The notes: generated from the letters alone by a model not told the origin. A DNA stretch of 64,000 nucleotides from Bacteroidaceae bacterium (GCA_017555825.1 JAFZFQ010000022.1:7174-71173), one strand, 5' to 3'; shown: positions 26,744 to 37,460, counted from the first letter of the stretch. Program-made: numbers and translations.

Positions 26744-28543
26744 TTACACTTTATTGGCGCGTTTGCGTTCGATTTCGTCGAGGATGATTTTGCGCAGACG
26801 TATGTGGTGGGGTGTTACCTCTACATACTCGTCTTCCTTGATGTATTCGAGGGCTTCTTCGAGGCTGAATACTACGGGCGGTATGAGTTTCACCTTGTCA
26901 TCCGAGCCCGATGCACGCATGTTGGTGAGCTTCTTCGACTTGGTTACGTTCACCACGATATCGTTGTCCTTGGCATTCTCTCCTACAACTTGTCCTGCAT
27001 ATACCTCCTCTTGGGGGAAGATGAAGAATCGACCACGGTCTTGCAACTTGTCGATGGCATAGGCATAGGCTGTACCGGCCTCCATAGCGATGAGTGAGCC
27101 GTTGGTACGGCGGTCAATGTCGCCTTTCCAGGGTTGGTATTCGTGGAAACGGTGCGCCATGATGGCCTCACCGGCCGATGCGGTGAGCACGTTGTTGCGA
27201 AGGCCTATGATACCACGTGAGGGGATGTAGAACTCCAAGTGTATGCGGTCGTTTTGGGTAGTCATCGATATCATTTCGCCCTTGCGACGTGTTACCATGT
27301 CGATGATTTTGCTTGAATACTCCTCGGGCAAATTGACAGTGAGCAACTCGATAGGCTCGCATTTCACGCCGTCGATTTCCTTGATGATAACTTGGGGTTG
27401 ACCCACTTGCAACTCGTATCCCTCGCGACGCATGGTCTCGATGAGTACCGACAAGTGGAGTACGCCACGACCATATACGCTCCATACGTCTTCGTTCTCG
27501 TTTTTCTCGACACGCAGGGCAAGGTTCTTGTCCAACTCGCGAGTCAGGCGGTCGGCAATGTGGCGCGAGGTAACAAACTTGCCATCCTTGCCAAAGAAGG
27601 GCGAGTCGTTGATGGTGAAGGTCATAGACATAGTAGGCTCGTCGATGGCAATACGTTCGAGGGGCTCGGGGTTGAGCACGTCGGTGATAGTGTCGCCAAT
27701 CTCGAAACCTTCGAGGCCTACGATGGCACAAATGTCGCCCGAACCTACGCGGTCGGTCTTGGTGCGAGTCATGCCTTCGAATATATCAAGCTCTTTGATG
27801 CGTTGTTTTACGATAGAGCAGTCGCGCTTGCACAATGCTACATCCATACCCTCGCGCAACTCGCCACGATGCACGCGACCTACGGCAATACGACCCACGT
27901 ATGACGAGTAGTCGAGCGATGTGATGAGCATCTGGGGAGTACCCTCAAGGTGTTGAGGCTCGGGGATGTGCTCGATGATGGCTTCGAGAAGGGGTTGGAT
28001 GGTGTCGGTGGGCGTGTGCCAATCGGTGCTCATCCAGCCTTGCTTGGCCGATCCATATATGGTGGGGAAGTCGAGTTGCTCCTCGGTAGCATCGAGGCTG
28101 AACATGAGGTCGAGTACCATGTCTTGCACCTCGTCGGGGCGACAGTTGGGCTTATCGACTTTGTTGATAACGACTACAGGTTTCAATCCCATTTCGATGG
28201 CCTTTTGAAGCACGAAGCGTGTTTGAGGCATGGGGCCTTCGAAGGCGTCGACAAGCAACAAGCAGCCGTCGGCCATGTTGAGCACGCGCTCTACCTCGCC
28301 ACCAAAGTCGGCGTGGCCCGGGGTGTCGATAATGTTGATTTTATAGTCTTTGTATTGGATAGAAACGTTCTTAGATAGGATTGTGATACCTCGCTCTCGT
28401 TCAAGATCGTTGTTATCAAGTATCAACTCGCCGGTGTTTTGATTCTCGCGAAAGAGATTTCCGGCCAACAACATCTTATCGACCAGCGTAGTCTTACCGT
28501 GGTCGACGTGAGCAATAATGGCAATGTTTCTGATTTTTTGCAT
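26744..28543 (-). CDS. typA: Translational GTPase TypA/BipA
   Basis: 599 aa; [39 protein letters not shown]; full-length BipA pattern. Confidence 0.96.
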   Translation of the reverse strand: MQKIRNIAIIAHVDHGKTTLVDKMLLAGNLFRENQNTGELILDNNDLERERGITILSKNVSIQYKDYKINIIDTPGHADFGGEVERVLNMADGCLLLVDAFEGPMPQTRFVLQKAIEMGLKPVVVINKVDKPNCRPDEVQDMVLDLMFSLDATEEQLDFPTIYGSAKQGWMSTDWHTPTDTIQPLLEAIIEHIPEPQHLEGTPQMLITSLDYSSYVGRIAVGRVHRGELREGMDVALCKRDCSIVKQRIKELDIFEGMTRTKTDRVGSGDICAIVGLEGFEIGDTITDVLNPEPLERIAIDEPTMSMTFTINDSPFFGKDGKFVTSRHIADRLTRELDKNLALRVEKNENEDVWSVYGRGVLHLSVLIETMRREGYELQVGQPQVIIKEIDGVKCEPIELLTVNLPEEYSSKIIDMVTRRKGEMISMTTQNDRIHLEFYIPSRGIIGLRNNVLTASAGEAIMAHRFHEYQPWKGDIDRRTNGSLIAMEAGTAYAYAIDKLQDRGRFFIFPQEEVYAGQVVGENAKDNDIVVNVTKSKKLTNMRASGSDDKVKLIPPVVFSLEEALEYIKEDEYVEVTPHHIRLRKIILDEIERKRANKV

Positions 28544-28619
28544 ATCCTATTGAATTTCAAACGTCTTGTGTGTTGCAGTGGCGCGGCATGTATAGCACCC
28601 TTGCGCAATTTTCGGGCGA

Positions 28620-28627
28620 CAAAGGTA
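28620..28627 (-). promoter_or_regulatory. -7 promoter box TAccTTTG (typA)
   Basis: Exact TAnnTTTG on the minus strand, about 77 nt upstream of the typA ATG. Confidence 0.5.
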
Positions 28628-28770
28628 CGAATTTTTTCATAAAATGACAACGGAATAATATCTGTTCTTAAGTCATAGGATGCGTTTTACTGCTACTTTT
28701 AAATGGTATTTTACAATATACATTAAATGCAACTATTGTTTCTTCTCTTGTCCATTTGTTCGTCACTCTG

Positions 28771-29577
28771 TTATTTCAAAAGTTTTCGGTTACTGGAATC
28801 TTCAAGAACTTTCATCTGTTGAATGGCTATTTGGTTTAGTTTTATAAGTCTTTCTCGTTGAGAGAATCCTTCATCAATAAAAACAGCATTTAGGCTCTCC
28901 ATATTTGAAAGACAAATGAGTTCGTTTATTGTTGCATAATCCCGAATATTACCTTTTAGTTCTGGATTTGCTTCCCGCCATTGCTTTGCAGTCATACCGA
29001 ACATTGCGACGTTTAGGACATCTGCTTCATTTGCGTAAATAATGCTTGCTTGCAATGTCGTAATTTCAGTAGGAATAAGATTTTGCTTTATAGCATCTGT
29101 ATGTATAAGATAATTGATTTTGGAAAGTTCTCTTTTAGCGGTCCATCCAATCAATTTCTGTTCTTCTTGTTTAAGCCTTTGGAATTCCTTGACAATATAT
29201 AGTTCAAACTCAACAGAAATCCAACTTGCAAACTTAAACGCAATATCCTTATGTGCATAAGTTCCACCGTATCTTCCGGATTTAGATATAATGCCGATGG
29301 CATTGGTGGCATTTATCCACTTTTGCGGAGAAAGTGTAAAAGCGTTCAAACCGGCTTCTCTTTTAAACCCCTCGAATTCGAGGTGGTTAAACTGAGGATT
29401 GTACAAACTTTCCCAAATTCCCAAATATTCAATGGTATTTCTATTACGCATCCAATTGCCAATAACCGCTGTTGGATCTTCACTCTTATGTTTTGCTATA
29501 TCCGTCAATGAGATATAATCATTTTCGTTTGCCGATATTACGGTTACTTTGGTGTTCTGAACAGTAATCTTTGCCAT
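28771..29577 (-). CDS. KilA-N domain-containing protein
   Basis: About 268 aa from MAKITVQNTKVTVISANENDYISLTDIAK... The KilA-N core is GGTYAHKDIAFKFASWISVEFELYI. The gene is visibly AT-rich relative to its flanks. Confidence 0.8.
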   Translation of the reverse strand: MAKITVQNTKVTVISANENDYISLTDIAKHKSEDPTAVIGNWMRNRNTIEYLGIWESLYNPQFNHLEFEGFKREAGLNAFTLSPQKWINATNAIGIISKSGRYGGTYAHKDIAFKFASWISVEFELYIVKEFQRLKQEEQKLIGWTAKRELSKINYLIHTDAIKQNLIPTEITTLQASIIYANEADVLNVAMFGMTAKQWREANPELKGNIRDYATINELICLSNMESLNAVFIDEGFSQRERLIKLNQIAIQQMKVLEDSSNRKLLK

Positions 29578-29607
29578 AATCAATATTTACTGATAAAGTT
29601 TGTGATG

Positions 29608-29615
29608 CAAAAATA
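29608..29615 (-). promoter_or_regulatory. -7 promoter box TAttTTTG (KilA-N gene)
   Basis: Exact TAnnTTTG on the minus strand, about 31 nt upstream of the ATG at 29577. Confidence 0.45.
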
Positions 29616-29901
29616 AGAATAATTTGTAAGATACTCAATAAAATTGTGTACCATAAAACAGGAATGAAGATATGAGAAACTCCCCTACATTTACAGTCGC
29701 AATCGCTTAATATGAATTGCCATTTAGCCTGTTACAGCACTAAATAAAATATTTCTAAGTCAATATACAAAGTAATGCGATAGTAATGAAACTCGGTCGT
29801 CTTTTGGCTTTTCATTGGTATTAGATGGCACAACAACATCTTGGCAAACAACCTTAAATCGCTAACAGACAACATTCTTTCCCGTTTTACACACACTTTC
29901 G

Positions 29902-29920
29902 TATCTTTGTTGTATCTTTG
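29902..29920 (+). promoter_or_regulatory. Tandemly duplicated -7 promoter box (2 x GTATCTTTG, 11-bp register) upstream of the YfhO-family gene
   Basis: TAtcTTTG occurs at 29902-29909 and again at 29913-29920. The first in-frame ATG is at 29935. Confidence 0.45.
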
Positions 29921-29934
29921 CTGTGGTAAAAATC

Positions 29935-32388
29935 ATGATTATGAATTGGAAAGAAAATCTCAAGAAGGCTCTGCCTTATGTATTGTCGGTGGTGTTTTTT
30001 GCCGCTGTATCGTATCTATATTTTGCCCCCGAGATATTCGAGGGTAAAGTGTTGTTTCAACATGATACACAGCAGGGTATAGCCATCGGTCAGGAGGCTA
30101 AGGCCTTCAAAGAGGCTACAGGCGAAACAACACGCTGGAGCAATACCACATTCTCGGGTATGCCCACATTTCAAATTTCGCCCTCGTATAGCAACAACGA
30201 TATTATACGTGCCATAGGTCACATCTATCAGTTGTGGATGGCGTCGCCTGCATCGTATCTTTTTATGATGATGGTGGGTTTCTTTATCTTTATGCTGTCG
30301 ATGCGTTGCAAGTGGTACTATGCCGTGCTGGGTGCTATAGCCTATACCTTCTCGTCTTATTTCTTTATTATTATACAGGCCGGACACATCTGGAAGTTTA
30401 TCACACTCGCCTACATACCGCCTACATTGGCCGGTATTGTATGGGCGTATAGAGGTAAATATCTGTTGGGTGGTGGTGTGGCAGCGCACTTTGCTATGTT
30501 GCAGATTGCATCCAACCACATACAGATGACCTATTACTTCCTCTTCGTTATCGTGGCTATGGTGGTGGCGTTTGCCGTGGAGCTCATCCGTGAGAAGAAG
30601 GTGGCGCAATTCCTCAAGGCAAGCGGTGTATTGGCTGTGGCTGCCGTATTGGCAGTGGGAGCTAACTTGCCCTCTCTCTACCACACACAAAAGTATAGCA
30701 AAGAGACCATGCGAGGTGGTCACTCGGAACTCACACAACCCGCTGTGGCTGGTGGTGTGGCCAAGCCCCAAAGTGGATTGAGCAAAGATTATATCACCCA
30801 ATGGAGCTATGGCAAGATGGAGACCTTCTCGTTGCTTATTCCTAATGTAAAGGGCGGAGCATCGGGTATGTTGGCCTCGCAAGAGGCTGCAGTAGATGCT
30901 GCACCGGCTATGGTGCGTCCCTATCTGTCGCAAGTGAATAGTTATTGGGGCGACCAGCCCGGTACATCGGGCCCCGTGTATGTGGGAGCCATAGTGTGTT
31001 TGCTCTTTGTGATGGGTTGTATTACTATCAAGTCGCCTATCAAATGGGCGCTTATAGCCGCAACCATACTCTCGATATTGCTCTCGTGGGGTAAGAACTT
31101 CATGCCCCTTACCGATTGGTTTATCGACAACTTCCCTATGTACAACAAGTTCCGCACGGTGTCGAGTATCTTGGTAGTGGCCGAGTTCTGCATGCCTGTG
31201 TTGGCTATATTGGCCTTGAAAGAGTTCTTCGAAAAACACGATGCCAAGCAGTTGCGCGCGCTCTATATAGCAACCGGTATCACTGCCGGTGTAGCCCTCT
31301 TGGCATGGATTGCACCCGGTTTGTTTGGTCCATTTACAAGTGGTTATGAGCGCGACATGGTGGCACAAAATGCACAATTCGGAGTGTTGTTTGATGGTGT
31401 TGCTGAGGCTCGTATGGCCGTGTTTAAGACCGATGCCATGCGCACATTGCTTTTTGTATTGGTGGCTGCAGTGCTCCTGTTCTTTGCCGGCAAGGGTAAG
31501 TTGCAAACGAAGTGGGCGTTGCTTGTGTTGGGTGTATTGCTTATTGCCGATATGGGTGTGGTGAACAAGCGCTATCTCAATGGCGACTCGTTTGTGGAGA
31601 ATCGTCGTCTCAAGGATCCCTTCCCCATGACACAAGTAGATAAATACATCTTGCAAGACCCCGATCCCAACTATCGCGTCTTTAACCTTGCTGCAGGCGA
31701 CCCCTTTAGCGATGCACGCACATCATACTATCACAAGTCGGTGGGTGGTTATCATGCGGCTAAGTTGGCTCGATATCAAGATTTGATAGACCGTCAGTTG
31801 TCGCGTATGAGCCTCCCTGTGCTCAATATGCTCAATACAAAATACTTTATTGTGCCCACACAAGAGGGCGGCGTAACAGTAGAGCATAATCCCGATGCTA
31901 TGGGCAATGCATGGTTTGTCGAACATGTGCAATGGGTAGATAATGCCGATGCCGAGATGGCTGCACTCGACACATTCGATCCCGCCTATACAGCGGTAGT
32001 AGATCGTCGTTTTGCCGAACTTATAGACGATACTGCTGTAACTCACACCGAGGGCGATAATATTGTGCTTACCTCATATAAGCCCAACGAATTGCGCTAT
32101 AAGAGCAGTGCTACACAACCTCGCGTAGCTGTCTTCTCAGAGATTTACTTCCCCTGGGGTTGGCAAGTAACTATCGACGGAAAAGAGGTAAAAGAGGCGC
32201 GTGCCAACTATGTGTTGCGTGCCCTTAACATTCCTGCCGGAGAGCACGATATCGTATTCCGTTTTGACCCTCAATCGCTGGCTGTAACCGAGAACATAGC
32301 CTTTGCCTCAATAGCTGCTATATTCTTGTTGCTCATAGCTGCAGTAGCAGTGCCCGCTGTGGCTCGCAAGCGTTGCGCCAAGGCATAG
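29935..32388 (+). CDS. YfhO-family polytopic membrane protein (putative GT-C-type glycosyltransferase)
   Basis: About 817 aa with more than 12 predicted TMs and a large C-terminal extracytoplasmic domain. Overall similarity to the YfhO family (FAPEIFEGKVLFQHDTQQG...MPTFQISPSY). Confidence 0.75.
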   Translation: MIMNWKENLKKALPYVLSVVFFAAVSYLYFAPEIFEGKVLFQHDTQQGIAIGQEAKAFKEATGETTRWSNTTFSGMPTFQISPSYSNNDIIRAIGHIYQLWMASPASYLFMMMVGFFIFMLSMRCKWYYAVLGAIAYTFSSYFFIIIQAGHIWKFITLAYIPPTLAGIVWAYRGKYLLGGGVAAHFAMLQIASNHIQMTYYFLFVIVAMVVAFAVELIREKKVAQFLKASGVLAVAAVLAVGANLPSLYHTQKYSKETMRGGHSELTQPAVAGGVAKPQSGLSKDYITQWSYGKMETFSLLIPNVKGGASGMLASQEAAVDAAPAMVRPYLSQVNSYWGDQPGTSGPVYVGAIVCLLFVMGCITIKSPIKWALIAATILSILLSWGKNFMPLTDWFIDNFPMYNKFRTVSSILVVAEFCMPVLAILALKEFFEKHDAKQLRALYIATGITAGVALLAWIAPGLFGPFTSGYERDMVAQNAQFGVLFDGVAEARMAVFKTDAMRTLLFVLVAAVLLFFAGKGKLQTKWALLVLGVLLIADMGVVNKRYLNGDSFVENRRLKDPFPMTQVDKYILQDPDPNYRVFNLAAGDPFSDARTSYYHKSVGGYHAAKLARYQDLIDRQLSRMSLPVLNMLNTKYFIVPTQEGGVTVEHNPDAMGNAWFVEHVQWVDNADAEMAALDTFDPAYTAVVDRRFAELIDDTAVTHTEGDNIVLTSYKPNELRYKSSATQPRVAVFSEIYFPWGWQVTIDGKEVKEARANYVLRALNIPAGEHDIVFRFDPQSLAVTENIAFASIAAIFLLLIAAVAVPAVARKRCAKA

Positions 32389-32546
32389 CACAACACAGTA
32401 GAATATATTGTATCCATTGTCACCTGCTCGTGGCAATGGATATTTTTTGCCCGAAGATTGCGATGGCTCATAGTGTGCGTTGTGATAAAAGAAAGAGACC
32501 GAACTCAAGCGAGCTCGGCCTCTTTCGTATTGTTGCGATATTTTGA

Positions 32547-35207
32547 TTATCGACCCGCTTGGGTGATTTTTTCGCGTAGGCGGTTGTTGAACTCAGTGGC
32601 GTCTATGAGCTCTTCGATAGTCATGTGCATGCGATACTTCCAATAGAAGGGGTTGATAGCAGGCACGTTGATACGCTCGTCGAGCGGGTTCTCGCGACGG
32701 AGTTTCTCGTCCATTGACAACCAATCTTGCAAGGGCAAGATTACGAGCATTGAGGGCGAAGCGAGGTGGTGTTCGAGTATTCGTTCGCAGATGTAGGGCT
32801 CGCAGAAGTAGGGAGTGTTGCCACCGAAGCACAACACACGGTTGTAGAAGTCTTGCATGGCTGCGCGGTCTTCTTCCCACCAAGCGCGTATGCCCGACAT
32901 GTCGTGGGTAGAAGTTGTGCCTACCGAGAGGTAGGGGTAGTTCCAAGTGCAACCAAATTGGCTGTTTACATCCTTAGGCATGCGTTGTACCTCAAGCGAG
33001 AGAATTTGAAGTTGATCCATCACAGCGGGCACGCAGTGGGGTATCATACCCAAGTCCTCGCCACACACGAGCATGTTGGTAGCCGATAGCAGAGGAGGTA
33101 ACTTCTTCATCGCCTCATGATACCAGAAGTCATTGTGACGATAGTAGAAGAAGTCGTTGTACAGGGCGTCGAAGGCATGACGTTGGTACTCGGGCATCGA
33201 TTGGTAGATGTACGATTGCCAAGCCGAGATGCGGGGGTGATAGTGTCCTACTTTTACGGGGTCTTCTACAAAGAGTACCTCGTCGTGTAGGCGCATAAGA
33301 CCTTCGCATATAACCTTGCTACGCTCGTCGTCTTGTCCGGCAAAGAGTTCGTGTACCTTGCGTTGAGTATTTACTTCGGGGCGCATGCCATAGCTACCAC
33401 CACCAAGGGGTGAGAGGTATTGGTTGCGTACTTCCTCTGTGTATTGACCGAAGATTTCGCCCAACATGTAGTCACGCACATAGGGATATGTGTAGAGATT
33501 CTTGTCGAAATTGAAGCCGCGTGATGTCAACTCGTCGGCCGAGAAGGGCATGGCGGGGCTGAAGTGACCGAGAAGGCCATGCAATGCATCGTAGGGAATC
33601 TCCCAAATGCGGAAGAAGCCCAAGATGTGGTCGATGCGGTAGGCATCGAAGTACTCGGCCATCTTGCTGAAACGTGACTTCCACCAGATGTAGCCATCTT
33701 TGTCCATTTCGTCCCAGTTGTATGTGGGCAAGAACCAGTTTTGGCCGAGAACAGAGAAGTCATCGGGCGGAGCACCCGCTTGGCTGTTCAGGTGGAAATA
33801 TTTGGGTGTAGCCCAAGCGTCGGCACTGCGGGGGCTGATACCGATGGGTATATCGCCCTTGAGCACAACACCCTTGCTGTGTGCATAGTCGCGAGTTGCA
33901 AGCAGTTGCAAATGCAAGTGGTATTGAGTGAAGTAGTGCAAGCGCATGGCGTTGCAGTAGGGGCTTTCGGGAGCATCGAATGCTGCGATGGTGTTGGCGT
34001 CGTATACTGCGTATGCACCCCATTGGTTGAAGTCGGGTGTGCCGGTCTCGCTACACAATGTGCGATAGGCTGCATAGGGTACAAGCCAATACTTGTTATC
34101 GTTGAAGAAGTTCAAGAACTCTTTCGATACCAAAGTGGCGTTTCCGTCTTGCTCGAAAATCTCTTTGAGGTATTCGTTTTTGAAACGGTTTACGCGCTCG
34201 TAGTCTACATCGGCAAGTGTGTTCAACTCTTTGCGTGCTTGCTCATAGTACATCATGCGCTCTTTATCCTTGAGACAGCCTACTTCTTCAAGGCGGAGGT
34301 ATTGGGGATGAAGTGCGTAGATAGAGTTGGCACTATAGGGATATGAGTCTTGCCAAGTACCGGTCATTGTGGTATCGTTGATGGGCAGAATCTGAATGAT
34401 GCGTTGCTCTGTGGCAGCAGCCCAATCTACGAGCAGACGGATGTCGGCAAAGTCACCTACACCGAAGCTCTTTTCGCTACGAAGTGAGAAAACGGGAATG
34501 GCAACACCGGCACCCTTCCAAGTGCGAGTAGAGGCGGTAACTTGAGTGTCGGCTATAACGATGGCATCGCAATCGGCTGTTTGAGGAACGATGAAGTGGC
34601 GGTTGCTACGATTTTCCCAAGCCTTTACCTCGCCACTCTTGGCGTCGAGAATGACAAATTTGTACTCAAACTCGCCACCCATTTTGGCAGCATCGAGTAC
34701 GGCCGTCCAAGTGGGGAAGAGGCAGTCATTCATCTTTACAGCCTTCTTGATATCCCATTCGCCCAGCGCCTTGCAGCTACCCGATATGGCCAGTACCTCG
34801 TCGGGTGCAATAGAGGCCGATTTTACTTGAATAAGAATCGAGCCTGATTTGGCTGCATGCACGGTCTTTTTGGGGCTTTTACGGGCATAGATGCTGTGTG
34901 TGAAAGCCGAGCTGAAAAATGCGTTATCGACAGGTATATCGTTCCAATTATCAAAAATGCGGCAAGATTTTACCTCTTTTTTGATGTGCAAAGTGTGAGG
35001 CTCGCCCCATTCCTTGCGTATTTGCTCATTGTTGCGACATACAACGTAATGATATTTGAGCGTAGTTGCTTGAGGACAATCGAGCTCTATTTGCCAATTG
35101 TCGGCATCTACGTAAGTAAGGGGATGAACTTGTTCTGAGCCTTCGAATATAAGTCCGATAGACTCTCCCCAATAAGTGTGATACTTAACGCTTAATATTA
35201 ACGTCAT
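32547..35207 (-). CDS. malQ: 4-alpha-glucanotransferase (GH77) with N-terminal CBM20-like domains
   Basis: 886 aa. GH77 motifs (GVAIPVFSLRS..SFGVGDF, RIDHILGFFRIWEIP, CGEDLGMIP, TSTHD). Length and architecture match Bacteroidales MalQ. Confidence 0.9.
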   Translation of the reverse strand: MTLILSVKYHTYWGESIGLIFEGSEQVHPLTYVDADNWQIELDCPQATTLKYHYVVCRNNEQIRKEWGEPHTLHIKKEVKSCRIFDNWNDIPVDNAFFSSAFTHSIYARKSPKKTVHAAKSGSILIQVKSASIAPDEVLAISGSCKALGEWDIKKAVKMNDCLFPTWTAVLDAAKMGGEFEYKFVILDAKSGEVKAWENRSNRHFIVPQTADCDAIVIADTQVTASTRTWKGAGVAIPVFSLRSEKSFGVGDFADIRLLVDWAAATEQRIIQILPINDTTMTGTWQDSYPYSANSIYALHPQYLRLEEVGCLKDKERMMYYEQARKELNTLADVDYERVNRFKNEYLKEIFEQDGNATLVSKEFLNFFNDNKYWLVPYAAYRTLCSETGTPDFNQWGAYAVYDANTIAAFDAPESPYCNAMRLHYFTQYHLHLQLLATRDYAHSKGVVLKGDIPIGISPRSADAWATPKYFHLNSQAGAPPDDFSVLGQNWFLPTYNWDEMDKDGYIWWKSRFSKMAEYFDAYRIDHILGFFRIWEIPYDALHGLLGHFSPAMPFSADELTSRGFNFDKNLYTYPYVRDYMLGEIFGQYTEEVRNQYLSPLGGGSYGMRPEVNTQRKVHELFAGQDDERSKVICEGLMRLHDEVLFVEDPVKVGHYHPRISAWQSYIYQSMPEYQRHAFDALYNDFFYYRHNDFWYHEAMKKLPPLLSATNMLVCGEDLGMIPHCVPAVMDQLQILSLEVQRMPKDVNSQFGCTWNYPYLSVGTTSTHDMSGIRAWWEEDRAAMQDFYNRVLCFGGNTPYFCEPYICERILEHHLASPSMLVILPLQDWLSMDEKLRRENPLDERINVPAINPFYWKYRMHMTIEELIDATEFNNRLREKITQAGR

Positions 35208-35289
35208 GTGCAGTGGTTTTAATGTGTTTTGTGGCTAAATTACTAAAAAACTCCAAGAGAATAGTATTTTTTCACCCATTTTTCGCACA

Positions 35290-35323
35290 AGGGCGCTGTG
35301 CAAACGTTTTCGCACAGCGCCCT
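35290..35323 (-). terminator. Strong GC-rich hairpin downstream of the S8 peptidase gene (possible terminator)
   Basis: Perfect 12-bp stem agggcgctgtgc/gcacagcgccct with a 10-nt loop. There is no clear U-tract on either strand, so confidence is low. Confidence 0.4.
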
Positions 35324-35354
35324 ATGATGCCTATTATTCTACTGCCTATAGTAG

Positions 35355-37448
35355 TTATCTGCTCACATACTTAAAGGTGTGTTGTCCTTTGTGTGTGCTC
35401 ACTTGTATGTAGTATATGCCTTTCTCCGAGTTGGGTATGGCGAGTTGCATTGATGTATTTTGCGACTCAATGTGGTGTGTGTGTACGAGCATACCTGTAG
35501 AGTTGTATATGCGCAGTGTGGTGGGTCGCTCGCTCTCGGTGTAGAATAGCGTGAAGTTGCCATCGCCTATGCTGGGCGCAATGCTCACATTGCTCTCAAT
35601 AGCGGGTGATGTGATGCCACTCTTCTCAAAGATGTAGTACAAACCTCCGTAGGGGTTTATCTTGCCATATCCGGCCGACTCGGTGTGTGTGGTATATGGG
35701 TCTTGTATGGCTGTGGTGTATAGTATCTCTTTGATTTCCTCGGGGGTGAGGTCGGGCTTGGCTTGTAGCCATATTGCGTATGTACCTGTAACGATGGGAG
35801 CTGCCATTGATGTACCCGAGCTGAGGCCGTAATAGGTTGTGTCGTTGTGTAGCACGTAGGTGTCGGTTATGGTGTTGAACATGCTGGCAAACAACAACTT
35901 GTTGTATGACGATGTGATGAGGCTTCCGGGGGCAATGATGTCGGGCTTGATGCGACCATCGGCTGCATGTCCAAGACTTGAGAAGGGGCTCACGGCATTC
36001 AATTCATATCCGGTAGTGTAGTTGTTGCCTTTGATGCACAGCTTGCTGTCGTCGGTAGTAAATGAGCCTACCGAGGTGATGCGCTTGCCGGTACCGCCTG
36101 TTTCGTTGAGAGTCATGATGGTGTCACCGCATAGCCAATCTTGTTTTTTTCTTGAACTGAACTCAATGCTTGGTGAGTTGCACCACATATCCAAGTGTCC
36201 GCTTTCACCCCTGGCTTTTATAGCAAAATATGAGTTGCCCAAGTTGCGTATACCACTCAGTTCTATGTGTGTATTATACTTGTTGTTGAAGGGGCTACGG
36301 TGGGCTGTGATAGAAACGGTTACTTCGCGGTCGAAGTATTGCAATGTGGTTTCGAAGGTAGAGTCTACGGGAGTCCATCCTGTTACGTCGAGTACGGTAT
36401 CGGCGTAGCCGTGGTATAACTCCAATTCATATTGTACGGGCTCTTCACTCCATGCGTCAACGATGGGCAAGCCATTGGTAAAGCCGGCGCGGAACTCGGT
36501 GTTCTCTTCATTAAAGTCGTAGCCGAGGTGATAGTGCTCGCGGCCCGAGTTACCCATGGCGCCTACAATAAGACGGCCGGGACCTTGCAACGAGTCGCAC
36601 ATTTGGTCAAATGCCGATGTGCCATCGTGGGGACCAAATAAGTTGCCGATACTTAAGTTGATAACACAGGGCATACCCAATTGCTCGGCATACTCGAAGA
36701 TAAAGTTGATACCGTCAATGATGCCTTCGTTGGTCATACCCGCATTTCCCATTTGCTCGGCCTCGACAAGAACAAGCGATGCTTCGCGAGCTACACCACC
36801 GTAGGGTACGCCTTCTATAGCGCTACCGGCGGCAATACCTGTAACGTGTGTGGCGTGTGTCTCTGATGCATTACAGAGGCCATTGAGTATCTCTTCCTCG
36901 CTGTCGTACAATGAGCCGTAGTTGTATTTTTCGGGTGCAGTACCCGATTTGTCGTTTTGGTTCCAGGCGGCCAAGATACGGGTAGAGCCGTCGGGGTTGC
37001 GGAAGGCGGCGTGATCCCATTGAAATCCGAGGTCTACAACGCCCACTATAACACCTTTACCCAAGTAGGGTTCCGGGGTATAGTTCGATGTGAGTATTTT
37101 GTCGTATCCGATGGCGGGTAGGGCTACATTGAGCAGTGTTCGTGAGGTCTGGCCGGCATCGATGTAGCTCACTTCGGGAATATCTCCCAGTTGTGCAAAC
37201 ACAGATACGGGAACAAGGGCTGTAGTGAGCTCGCCTACTTGAGTACACACAGCAATGCCATGTTGCTCTAATACATCGACGTCACTCACTTGTAGTGTGG
37301 TGTGTATGTATCGCTCGGCTTCGTTGCTCTTGGCTTGTTGCATAGACGATTGCTCCTTGAGCAGTAGTTGTGCCGATGGGCTGTACTTGCCTTGTGCCAT
37401 AGCACCGATGGCACAGAATGCGAATAAAAGAAGAAAGAATTTTCTCAT
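35355..37448 (-). CDS. S8 family (subtilisin-like) serine peptidase with T9SS C-terminal sorting domain
   Basis: 697 aa with a signal peptide. Asp (VIVGVVDLGF), His (HATHVTGIAAG), Ser (SGTSMAAPIVTG). The C-terminus (LRIYNSTGMLVHTH...GIYYIQVSTHKGQHTFKYVSR) resembles a T9SS CTD. Confidence 0.88.
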   Translation of the reverse strand: MRKFFLLLFAFCAIGAMAQGKYSPSAQLLLKEQSSMQQAKSNEAERYIHTTLQVSDVDVLEQHGIAVCTQVGELTTALVPVSVFAQLGDIPEVSYIDAGQTSRTLLNVALPAIGYDKILTSNYTPEPYLGKGVIVGVVDLGFQWDHAAFRNPDGSTRILAAWNQNDKSGTAPEKYNYGSLYDSEEEILNGLCNASETHATHVTGIAAGSAIEGVPYGGVAREASLVLVEAEQMGNAGMTNEGIIDGINFIFEYAEQLGMPCVINLSIGNLFGPHDGTSAFDQMCDSLQGPGRLIVGAMGNSGREHYHLGYDFNEENTEFRAGFTNGLPIVDAWSEEPVQYELELYHGYADTVLDVTGWTPVDSTFETTLQYFDREVTVSITAHRSPFNNKYNTHIELSGIRNLGNSYFAIKARGESGHLDMWCNSPSIEFSSRKKQDWLCGDTIMTLNETGGTGKRITSVGSFTTDDSKLCIKGNNYTTGYELNAVSPFSSLGHAADGRIKPDIIAPGSLITSSYNKLLFASMFNTITDTYVLHNDTTYYGLSSGTSMAAPIVTGTYAIWLQAKPDLTPEEIKEILYTTAIQDPYTTHTESAGYGKINPYGGLYYIFEKSGITSPAIESNVSIAPSIGDGNFTLFYTESERPTTLRIYNSTGMLVHTHHIESQNTSMQLAIPNSEKGIYYIQVSTHKGQHTFKYVSR

Positions 37449-37460
37449 ATAGTATTGGTT

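Noticed and set aside
30016-31656. A 546-aa minus-strand ORF opposite the YfhO-family gene.
   Set aside because: It is a shadow ORF. Its His/Cys/Arg/Gln-rich composition is unlike real proteins, and the plus-strand product has a coherent multi-TM YfhO-like pattern.
37449-37460. Only 12 bp separate uvrA from the downstream S8 peptidase gene, suggesting a uvrA-protease operon.
   Set aside because: Tight spacing alone is weak evidence and there is no functional logic. A promoter embedded in the uvrA 3' end cannot be excluded. I treat it as coincidental packing unless RNA-seq shows co-transcription.
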